Shown here piece after piece: positions 1-11,271 of a stretch of DNA of 64,000 bases. Positions within the stretch are counted from its first letter, which is position 1; each line of letters starts with the position of its first letter. A model generated the notes under the pieces. That model saw only the letters and a list, made by a program, of their open reading frames with translations. It was not told the DNA's origin and searched no databases. The stretch is from contig NW_027306097.1 in assembly GCF_964355755.1 (NCBI RefSeq), positions 16,001-80,000 of the forward strand, in the 5' to 3' direction. Position numbers and translations under genes: made by a program. The DNA comes from Antedon mediterranea. Its lineage: Eukaryota > Animalia > Echinodermata.

Positions 1-153
1 TTTTAAATACGATATTAAGCTATTTTGTGCTCTTTGATGTTTTTGTGTGAAAAGTGTTATCGAAATGCTCAAAATGGTCTAAAACGGTTTATAATGTGAT
101 TTTAAGCACTTTGATGTTTTTGTGTAATCAAGTTTCATCGAAATGCACAAATT

Positions 154-405
154 GGTCTAAAACGTCTCCAAATGCGATTTGAAGCTATTCTAAGCACTTT
201 GGTGTTTTGTGTGAAAAAGTTTTGTCGAAATGCTCAAAATGGTCTAAAACGTTTTTAAATACGATATTAAGCTATTTTGTGCTCTTTGATGTTTTTGTGT
301 GAAAAGTGTTATCGAAATGCTCAAAATGGTCTAAAACGGTTTATAATGTGATTTTAAGCACTTTGATGTTTTTGTGTAACCAAGTTTTTTCGAAAATCTC
401 AAAAT
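154..405 (+). repeat. 252-bp B-C-D trimer (87+87+78 bp), representative higher-order unit
   Basis: B 154-240 (...GTTTTGTGTGAAAAAGTTTTGTCG...), C 241-327 (ACGTTTTTAAATACGATATTAAGCTATTTTGTGCTC...), D 328-405 (ACGGTTTATAATGTGATTTTAAGCAC...). The sequence at position 1 recurs at 253. Confidence 0.95.
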
Positions 406-493
406 GGTCTAAAACGTCTCCAAATACGATTTGAAGCTATTCTAAGCACTTTGGTGTTTTTATGTTAACAAGTTTTTTCGAAAATCACAAAAT

Positions 494-581
494 GGTCTAA
501 AACGTCTCCAAATGCGATTTGAAGCTATTCTAAGCACTTTGGTGTTTTTATGTTAACAAGTTTTTTCGAAAATCACAAAAT
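494..581 (+). repeat. Monomer type A, 88 bp (representative copy)
   Basis: GGTCTAAAACGTCTCCAAATGCGATTTGAAGCTATTCTAAGCACTTTGGTGTTTTTATGTTAACAAGTTTTTTCGAAAATCACAAAAT. It is the most abundant unit and occurs in runs, e.g. about 11320-12290. Confidence 0.97.
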
Positions 582-2286
582 GGTCTAAAACGTCTCCAAA
601 TGCGATTTGAAGCTATTCTAAGCACTTTGGTGTTTTTATGTTAACAAGTTTTTTCAAAATCACAAAATGGTCTAAACCGTCTCCAAATGCGATTTGAAGC
701 TTTTCTAAGCACTTTGGTGTTTTGTGTGAAAAATTTTATCTAAATGCTCAAAATGGTCTAAAACATTTTTAAATACGATATTAAGCTATTTTGTGCTCTT
801 TGATGTTTTTGTGTGAAAATTGTTATCGAAATGCTCAAAATGGTCTAAAACGGTTTATATTGTGATTCTAAGCACTTTGGTGTTTTTATGTTAACAATCT
901 TTTTCGAAAATCACAAAATGGTCTAAAACGTTTCCAAATGCGATTTGAAGCTATTCTAAGCACTTTCGTGTTTTTATGTTAACAAGTTTTTTCGAAAATC
1001 ACAAAATGGTCTAAAACGTCTCCAAATGTGATTTGAAGCTATTCTAAGCACTTTGGTGTTTTTATGTTAACAAGTTTTTTCAAAAATCACAAAATGGTCT
1101 AAAACGTCTCCAAATGCGATTTGAAGCTATTCTAAACCCTTTGGTGTTTTTATGTTGATAAGTTTTTTCGAAAGTCACAAAATGGTCTAAAACGTCTCCA
1201 AATGCGATTTGAAGCTATTCTAAGCACTTTGGTGTTTTGTGTGAAAAAGTTTTGTCTAAATGCTCAAAAAATGGTCTAAAACGTTTTTAAATACGATATT
1301 AAGCTATTTTGTGCTCTTTGATGTTTTTGTGTGAAAAGTGTTTTCGAAATGCTCAAAATGGTCTAAAACGGTTTATAATGTGATTTTAAGCACGTTGATG
1401 TTTTTGTGTAATCAAGTTTCATCGAAATGCACAAATTGGTCTAAAACGTCTCCAAATGCGATTTGAAGCTATTCTAAGCACTTTGGTGTGAAAAAGTTTT
1501 GTCGAAATGCTGAAAATGGTCTAAAACGTTTTTAAATACGATATTAAGCTATTTTGTGCTCTTTGATGTTTTTGTGTGAAAAGTGTTATCGAAATGTTCA
1601 AAATGGTCTAAAACGGTTTATAATGTGATTTTAAGCACTTTGATGTTTTTGTGTAACCAAGTTTTTTCGAAAATCTCAAAAGGGTCTAAAACGTCTCCAA
1701 ATACGATTTGAAGCTATTCTAAGCACTTTGGTGTTTTTATGTTAACAAGTTCTTTCGAAAATCACAAAATGGTCTAAAACGTCTCCAAATGCGATTTGAA
1801 GCTATTCTAAGCACTTTGGTGTTTTTATGTTAACAAGTTTTTTCAAAATCACAAAATGGTCTAAACCGTCTCCAAATGCGATTTGAAGCTATTCTAAGCA
1901 CTTTGGTGTTTTGTGTGAAAAAGTTTTATCTAAATGCTCAAAATGGTCTAAAACATTTTTAAATACGATATTAAGCTATTTTGTGCTCTTTGATGTTTTT
2001 GTGTGAAAATTGTTATCGAAATGCTCAAAATGGTCTAAAACGGTTTATAATGTGATTCTAAGCACTTTGGTGTTTTTATGTTAACAATTTTTTTCGAAAA
2101 TCACAAAATGGTCTAAAACGTTTCCAAATGCGATTTGAAGCTATTCTAAGCACTTTCGTGTTTTTATGTTAACAAGTTTTTTCGAAAATCACAAAATGGT
2201 CTAAAACGTCTCCAAATGTGATTTGAAGCTATTCTAAGCACTTTGGTCTTTTTATGTTAAAAAAGTTTTTTCGAAAATCACAAAAT

Positions 2287-2451
2287 GGTCTAAAACGTCT
2301 CCAAATGCGATTTGAAGCTATTCTAAGCCCTTTGGTATTTTGTGTGAAAAAGTTTTGTCGAAATGCTCAAAATGGTCTAAAACGATTTATAATGTGATTT
2401 TAAGCACTTTGATGTTTTTGTGTAACCAAGTTTCATCGAAATGCACAAAAT
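2287..2451 (+). repeat. 165-bp B'-D' dimer (trimer variant lacking C), representative copy
   Basis: B carrying GGTATTTT (2287-2373) is followed directly by D carrying ACGATTTATA (2374-2451). The same pair recurs near 3560, 5145, 7580, 9030 and later. Confidence 0.9.
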
Positions 2452-5017
2452 GGTCTAAAACGTCTCCAAATGCGATTTGAAGCTATTCTAAGCACTTTGG
2501 TGTTTTGTGTGAAAAAGTTTTGTCTAAATGCTCAAAATGGTCTAAAACGTTTTTAAATACGATATTAAGCTATTTTGTGCTCTTTGATGTTTTTGTGTGA
2601 AAAGTGTTATCGAAATGCTCAAAATGGTCTAAAACGGTTTATAATGTGATTTTAAGCACGTTGATGTTTTTGTGTAATCAAGTTTCATCGAAATGCACAA
2701 ATTGGTCTAAAACGTCTCCAAATGCGATTTGAAGCTATTCTAAGCACTTTGGTGTTTTGTGTGAAAAAGTTTTGTCGAAATGCTCAAAATGGTCTAAAAC
2801 GTTTTTAAATACGATATTAAGCTATTTTGTGCTCTTTGATGTTTTTGTGTGAAAAGTGTTATCGAAATTCTCAAAATGGTCTAAAACGGTTTATAATGTG
2901 ATTTTAAGCACTTTGATGTTTTTGTGTAACCAAGTTTTTTCGAAAATCTCAAAATGGTCTAAAACGTCTCCAAATACGATTTGAAGCTATTCTAAGCACT
3001 TTGGTGTTTTTATGTTAACAAGTTTTTTCGAAAATCACAAAATAGTCTAAAACGTCTCCAAATGTGATTTGAAGCTATTCTAACACTTTGGTGTTTTTAT
3101 GTTAACAAGTTTTTTCAAAAATCACAAAATGGTCTAAAACGTCTCCAAATGCGATTTGAAGCTATTCTAAGCACTTTGGTGTTTTGTGTGAAAAAGTTTT
3201 ATCTAAATGCTCAAAATGGTCTAAAACATTTTTAAATACGATATTAAGCTATTTTGTGCTCTTTGATGTTTTTGTGTGAAAATTGTTATCGAAATGCTCA
3301 AAATGGTCTAAAACGGTTTATAATGTGATTCTAAGCACTTTGGTGTTTTTATGTTAACAATTTTTTTCGAAAATCACAAAATGGTCTAAAACGTTTCCAA
3401 ATGCGATTTGAAGCTATTCTAAGCACTTTCGTGTTTTTATGTTAACAAGTTTTTTCGAAAATCACAAAATGGTCTAAAACGTCTCCAAATGTGATTTGAA
3501 GCTATTCTAAGCACTTTGGTGTTTTTATGTTAAAAAGTTTTTTCGAAAATCACAAAATGGTCTAAAACGTCTCCAAATGCGATTTGAAGCTATTCTAAGC
3601 CCTTTGGTATTTTGTGTGAAAAAGTTTTGTCGAAATGCTCAAAATGGTCTAAAACGATTTATAATGTGATTTTAAGCACTTTGATGTTTTTGTGTAACCA
3701 AGCTTCATCGAAATGCACAAAATGGTCTAAAACGTCTCCAAATGCGATTTGAAGCTATTCTAAGCACTTTGGTGTTTTGTGTGAAAAAGTTTTGTCTAAA
3801 TGCTCAAAATGGTCTAAAACGTTTTTAAATACGATATTAAGCTATTTTGTGCTCTTTGATGTTTTTGTGTGAAAAGTGTTATCGAAATGCTCAAAATGGT
3901 CTAAAACGGTTTATAATGTGATTTTAAGCACGTTGATGTTTTTGTGTAATCAAGTTTCATCGAAATGCACAAATTGGTCTAAAACTTCTCCAAATGCGAT
4001 TTGAAGCTATTCTAAGCACTTTGGTGTTTTGTGTGAAAAAGTTTTGTCGAAATGCTCAAAATGGTCTAAAACGTTTTTAAATACGATATTAAGCTATTTT
4101 GTGCTCTTTGATGTTTTTGTGTGAAAAGTGTTATCGAAATGTTCAAAATGGTCTAAAACGGTTTATAATGTGATTTTAAGCACTTTGATGTTTTTGTGTA
4201 ACCAAGTTTTTTCGGAAATCTCAAAATGGTCTAAAACGTCTCCAAATACGATTTGAAGCTATTCTAAGCACTTTCATGTTTTTATGTTAACAAGTTTTTT
4301 CGAAAATCACAAAATGGTCTAAAACGTTTCCAAATGCGATTTGAAGCTATTCTAAGCACTTTCGTGTTTTTATGTTAACAAGTTTTTTCGAAAATCACAA
4401 AATGGTCTAAAACGTCTCCAAATGCGATTTGAAGCTATTCTAAACCCTTTGGTGTTTTTATGTTGATAAGTTTTTTCGAAAATCACAAATTGGTCTAAAA
4501 CGTCTCCAAATGCGATTTGAAGCTATTCTAAACACTTTGGTGTTTTTATGTTAACAATTTTTTTCGAAAATCACAAAATGGTCTAAAACGTTTCCAAATG
4601 CGATTTGAAGCTATTCTAAGCACTTTCGTGTTTTTATGTTAACAAGTTTTTTCGAAAATCACTAAATGGTCTAAAACGTTTCCAAATGCGATTTGAAGCT
4701 ATTCTAAGCACTTTCGTGTTTTTATGTTAACAAGTTTTTTCGAAAATCACAAAATGGTCTAAAACGTCTCCAAATGTGATTTGAAGCTATTCTAAGCACT
4801 TTGGTGTTTTTATGTTAACAAGTTTTTTCAAAAATCACAAAATGGTCTAAAACGTCTCCAAATGCGATTTGAAGCTATTCTAAGCACTTTGGTGTTTTGT
4901 GTGAAAAAGTTTTATCTAAATGCTCAAAATGGTCTAAAACATTTTTAAATACGATATTAAGCTATTTTGTGCTCTTTGATGTTTTTGTGTGAAAATTGTT
5001 ATCGAAATGCTCAAAAT

Positions 5018-5055
5018 GGTCTAAAACGGTTTATAATGTGATTCTAAGCACTTAT
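5018..5055 (+). repeat. 38-bp truncated monomer (D with a 40-bp deletion), representative of 15 copies
   Basis: GGTCTAAAACGGTTTATAATGTGATTCTAAGCACTTAT is followed immediately by the next GGTCTAAAAC at 5056. Confidence 0.93.
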
Positions 5056-8000
5056 GGTCTAAAACGTCTCCAAATGTGATTTGAAGCTATTCTAAGCACT
5101 TTGGTGTTTTTATGTTAAAAAGTTTTTTCGAAAATCACAAAATGGTCTAAAACGTCTCCAAATGCGATTTGAAGCTATTCTAAGCACTTTGGTATTTTGT
5201 GTGAAAAAGTTTTGTCGAAATGCTCAAAATGGTCTAAAACGATTTATAATGTGATTTTAAGCACTTTGATGTTTTTGTGTAACCAAGTTTCATCGAAATG
5301 CACAAAATGGTCTAAAACGTCTCCAAATGCGATTTGAAGCTATTCTAAGCACTTTGGTGTTTTGTGTGAAAAAGTTTTGTCTAAAGGCTCAAAATGGTCT
5401 AAAACGTTTTTAAATACGATATTAAGCTATTTTGTGCTCTTTGATGTTTTTGTGTGAAAAGTGTTACCGAAATGCTCAAAATGGTCTAAAACGGTTTATA
5501 ATGTGATTTTAAGCACTTTGATGTTTTTGTGTAACCAAGTTTTTTCGAAAATCTCAAAATGGTCTAAAACGTCTCCAAATACGATTTGAAGCTATTCTAA
5601 GCACTTTGGTGTTTTTATGTTAACAAGTTTTTTCGAAAATCACAAAATGGTCTAAAACGTCTCCAAATGCGATTTGAAGCTATTCTAAGCACTTTGGTGT
5701 TTTTATGTTAACAAGTTTTTTCAAAATCACAAAATGGTCTAAAACGTCTCCAAATGCGATTTGAAGCTATTCTAAACCCTTTGGTGTTTTTATGTTGATA
5801 AGTTTTTTCGAAAATCACAAATTTGTCTAAAACGTCTCCAAATGCGATTTGAAGCTATTCTAAACACTTTGGTGTTTTTATGTTAACAATTTTTTTTCGA
5901 AAATCACAAAATGGTCTAAAACGTTTCCAAATGCGATTTGAAGCTATTCTAAGCACTTTCGTGTTTTTATGTTAACAAGTTTTTTCGAAAATCACAAAAT
6001 GGTCTAAAACGTTTCCAAAAGCGATTTGAAGCTATTCTAAGCACTTTCGTGTTTTTATGTTAACAAGTTTTTTCGAAAATCACAAAATGGTCTAAAACGT
6101 CTCCAAATGTGATTTGAAGCTATTCTAAGCACTTTGGTGTTTTTATGTTAACAAGTTTTTTCAAAAATCACAAAATGGTCTAAAACGTCTCCAAATGCGA
6201 TTTGAAGCTATTCTAAGCACTTTGGTGTTTTGTGTGAAAAAGTTTTATCTAAATGCTCAAAATGGTCTAAAACATTTTTAAATACGATATTAAGCTATTT
6301 TGTGCTCTTTGATGTTTTTGTGTGAAAATTGTTATCGAAATGCTCAAAATGGTCTAAAACGGTTTATAATGTGATTCTAAGCACTTTGGTGTTTTTATGT
6401 TAACAATTTTTTTCGAAAATCACAAAATGGTCTAAAACGTTTCCAAATGCGATTTGAAGCTATTCTAAGCACTTCGTGTTTTTATGTTAACAAGTTTTTT
6501 CGAAAATCACAAAATGGTCTAAAATGTCTCCAAATGTGATTTGAAGCTATTCTAAGCACTTTGGTGTTTTTATGTTAAAAAGTTTTTTCGAAAATCACAA
6601 AATGGTCTAAAACGTCTCCAAATGCGATTTGAAGCTATTCTAAGCACTTTGGTGTTTTGTGTGAAAAAGTTTTGTCTAAATGCTCAAAATGGTCTAAAAC
6701 GTTTTTAAATACGATATTAAGCTATTTTGTGCTCTTTGATGTTTTTGTGTGAAAAGTGTTATCGAAATGCTCAAAATGGTCTAAAACGGTTTATAATGTG
6801 ATTTTAAGCACTTTGATGTTTTTGTGTAATCAAGTTTCATCGAAATGCACAAATTGGTCTAAAACGTCTCCAAATGCGATTTGAAGCTATTCTAAGCACT
6901 TTGGTGTTTTGTGTGAAAAAGTTTTGTCGAAATGCTCAAAATGGTCTAAAACGTTTTTAAATACGATATTAAGCTATTTTGTGCTCTTTGATGTTTTTGT
7001 GTGAAAAGTGTTATCGAAATGCTCAAAATGGTCTAAAACGGTTTATAATGTGATTTTAAGCACTTTGATGTTTTTGTGTAACCAAGTTTTTTCGAAAATC
7101 TCAAAATGGTCTAAAACGTCTCCAAATACGATTTGAAGCTATTCTAAGCACTTTGGTGTTTTTATGTTAACAAGTTTGTTCAAAATCACAAAATGGTCTA
7201 AAACGTCTCCAAATGTGATTTGAAGCTATTCTAAGCACTTTGGTGTTTTTATGTTAACAAGTTTTTTCAAAAATCACAAATTGGTCTAAAACGTCTCCAA
7301 ATGCGATTTGAAGCTATTCTAAGCACTTTGGTGTTTTGTGTGAAAAAGTTTTATCTAAATGCTCAAAATGGTCTAAAACATTTTTAAATACGATATTAAG
7401 CTATTTTGTGCTCTTTGATGTTTTTGTGTGAAAATTGTTATCGAAATGCTCAAAATGGTCTAAAACGGTTTATAATGTGATTCTAAGCACTTTTGGTCTA
7501 AAATGTCTCCAAATGTGATTTGAAGCTATTCTAAGCACTTTGGTGTTTTTATGTTAAAAAGTTTTTTCGAAAATCACAAAATGGTCTAAAACGTCTCAAA
7601 ATGCGATTTGAAGCTATTCTAAGCACTTTGGTATTTTGTGTGAAAAAGTTTTGTCGAAATGCTCAAAATGGTCTAAAACGATTTATAATGTGATTTTAAG
7701 CACTTTGATGTTTTTGTGTAACCAAGTTTCATCGAAATGCACAAAATGGTCTAAAACGTCTCCAAATGCGATTTGAAGCTATTCTAAGCACTTTGGTGTT
7801 TTGTGTGAAAAAGTTTTGTCTAAATGCTCAAAATGGTCTAAAACGTTTTTAAATACGATATTAAGCTATTTTGTGCTCTTTGATGTTTTTGTGTGAAAAG
7901 TGTTATCGAAATGCTCAAAATGGTCTAAAACGGTTTATAATGTGATTTTAAGCACTTTGATGTTTTTGTGTAATCAAGTTTCATCGAAATGCACAAATTG

Positions 8001-11000
8001 GTCTAAAACGTCTCCAAATGCGATTTGAAGCTATTCTAAGCACTTTGGTGTTTTGTGTGAAAAAGTTTTGTCGAAATGCTCAAAATGGTCTAAAACGTTT
8101 TTAAATACGATATTAAGCTATTTTGTGCTCTTTGATGTTTTTGTGTGAAAAGTGTTATCGAAATTCTCAAAATGGTCTAAAACGGTTTATAATGTGATTT
8201 TAAGCACTTTGATGTTTTTGTGTAACCAAGTTTTTTCGAAAATCTCAAAATGGTCTAAAACGTCTCCAAATACGATTTGAAGCTATTCTAAGCACTTTGG
8301 TGTTTTTATGTTAACAAGTTTTTTCGAAAATCACAAAATAGTCTAAAACGTCTCCAAATGCGATTTGAAGCTATTCTAAGCACTTTGGTGTTTTTATGTT
8401 AACAAGTTTTTTCAAAATCACAAAATGGTCTAAAACGTCTCCAAATGCGATTTGAAGCTATTCTAAACCCTTTGGTGTTTTTATGTTGATAAGTTTTTTC
8501 GAAAATCACAAAATGGTCTAAAACGTCTCCAAATGTGATTTGAAGCTATTCTAAGCACTTTGGTGTTTTTATGTTAACAAGTTTTTTCAAAAATCACAAA
8601 ATGGTCTAAAACGTCTCAAAATGCGATTTGAAGCTATTCTAAGCACTTTGGTGTTTTGTGTGAAAAAGTTTTATCTAAATGCTCAAAATGGTCTAAAACA
8701 TTTTTAAATACGATATTAAGCTATTTTGTGCTCTTTGATGTTTTTGTGTGAAAATTGTTATCGAAATGCTCAAAATGGTATAAAACGGTTTATAATGTGA
8801 TTCTAAGCACTTTGGTGTTTTTATGTTAACAATTTTTTTCGAAAATCACAAAATGGTCTAAAACGTTTCCAAATGCGATTTGAAGCTATTCTAAGCACTT
8901 TCGTGTTTTTATGTTAACAAGTTTTTTCGAAAATCACAAAATGGTCTAAAACGTCTCCAAATGTGATTTGAAGCTATTCTAAGCACTTTGGTCTTTTTAT
9001 GTTAAAAAGTTTTTTCGAAAATCACAAAATGGTCTAAAACGTCTCCAAATGCGATTTGAAGCTATTCTAAGCCCTTTGGTATTTTGTGTGAAAAAGTTTT
9101 GTCGAAATGCTCAAAATGGTCTAAAACGATTTATAATGTGATTTTAAGCACTTTGATGTTTTTGTGTAACCAAGTTTCATCGAAATGCACAAAATGGTCT
9201 AAAACGTCTCCAAATGCGATTTGAAGCTATTCTAAGCACTTTGGTGTTTTGTGTGAAAAAGTTTTGTCTAAATGCTCAAAATGGTCTAAAACGTTTTTAA
9301 ATACGATATTAAGCTATTTTGTGCTCTTTGATGTTTTTGTGTGAAAAGTGTTATCGAAATGCTCAAAATGGTCTAAAACGGTTTATAATGTGATTTTAAG
9401 CACGTTGATGTTTTTGTGTAATCAAGTTTCATCGAAATGCACAAATTGGTCTAAAACGTCTCCAAATGCGATTTGAAGCTATTCTAAGCACTTTGGTGTT
9501 TTGTGTGAAAAAGTTTTGTCGAAATGCTCAAAATGGTCTAAAACGTTTTTAAATACGATATTAAGCTATTTTGTGCTCTTTGATGTTTTTGTGTGAAAAG
9601 TGTTATCGAAATGTTCAAAATGGTCTAAAACGGTTTATAATGTGATTTTAAGCACTTTGATGTTTTTGTGTAACCAAGTTTTTTCGAAAATCTCAAAATG
9701 GTCTAAAACGTCTCCAAATACGATTTGAAGCTATTCTAAGCACTTTGGTGTTTTTATGTTAACAAGTTTTTTCAAAAATCACAAAATGGTCTAAAACGTC
9801 TCCAAATGCGATTTGAAGCTATTCTAAGCACTTTGGTGTTTTTATGTTAACAAGTTTTTTCAAAATCACAAAATGGTCTAAACCGTCTCCAAATGCGATT
9901 TGAAGCTATTCTAAGCACTTTGGTGTTTTGTGTGAAAAATTTTATCTAAATGCTCAAAATGGTCTAAAACATTTTTAAATACGATATTAAGCTATTTTGT
10001 GCTCTTTGATGTTTTTGTGTGAAAATTGTTATCGAAATGCTCAAAATGGTCTAAAACGGTTTATATTGTGATTCTAAGCACTTTGGTGTTTTTATGTTAA
10101 CAATCTTTTTCGAAAATCACAAAATGGTCTAAAACGTTTCCAAATGCGATTTGAAGCTATTCTAAGCACTTTCGTGTTTTTATGTTAACAAGTTTTTTCG
10201 AAAATCACAAAATGGTCTAAAACGTCTCCAAATGTGATTTGAAGCTATTCTAAGCACTTTGGTGTTTTTATGTTAACAAGTTTTTTCAAAAATCACAAAA
10301 TGGTCTAAAACGTCTCCAAATGCGATTTGAAGCTATTCTAAACCCTTTGGTGTTTTTATGTTGATAAGTTTTTTCGAAAATCACAAAATGGTCTAAAACG
10401 TCTCCAAATGCGATTTGAAGCTATTCTAAGCACTTTGGTGTTTTGTGTGAAAAAGTTTTGTCTAAATGCTCAAAAAATGGTCTAAAACGTTTTTAAATAC
10501 GATATTAAGCTATTTTGTGCTCTTTGATGTTTTTGTGTGAAAAGTGTTATCGAAATGCTCAAAATGGTCTAAAACGGTTTATAATGTGATTTTAAGCACG
10601 TTGATGTTTTTGTGTAATCAAGTTTCATCGAAATGCACAAATTGGTCTAAAACGTCTCCAAATGCGATTTGAAGCTATTCTAAGCACTTTGGTGTTTTGT
10701 GTGAAAAAGTTTTGTCGAAATGCTCAAAATGGTCTAAAACGTTTTTAAATACGATATTAAGCTATTTTGTGCTCTTTGATGTTTTTGTGTGAAAAGTGTT
10801 ATCGAAATGTTCAAAATGGTCTAAAACGGTTTATAATGTGATTTTAAGCACTTTGATGTTTTTGTGTAACCAAGTTTTTTCTAAAATCTCAAAATGGTCT
10901 AAAACGTCTCCAAATACGATTTGAAGCTATTCTAAGCACTTTGGTGTTTTTATGTTAACAAGTTCTTTCGAAAATCACAAAATGGTCTAAAACGTCTCCA

Positions 11001-11271
11001 AATGCGATTTGAAGCTATTCTAAGCACTTTGGTGTTTTTATGTTAACAAGTTTTTTCAAAATCACAAAATGGTCTAAACCGTCTCCAAATGCGATTTGAA
11101 GCTATTCTAAGCACTTTGGTGTTTTGTGTGAAAAAGTTTTATCTAAATGCTCAAAATGGTCTAAAACATTTTTAAATACGATATTAAGCTATTTTGTGCT
11201 CTTTGATGTTTTTGTGTGAAAATTGTTATCGAAATGCTCAAAATGGTCTAAAACGGTTTATATTGTGATTC

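Noticed and set aside
338-350. TATAAT or TATA-like motif in monomer D
   Set aside because: Expected by chance in AT-rich DNA. There is no downstream gene and no evidence of promoter function.
494-581. Assignment to a known family (alpha satellite with CENP-B box, Arabidopsis CEN178)
   Set aside because: The monomer length and sequence do not match these as I recall them, and there is no CENP-B box. A database search is needed before naming it.
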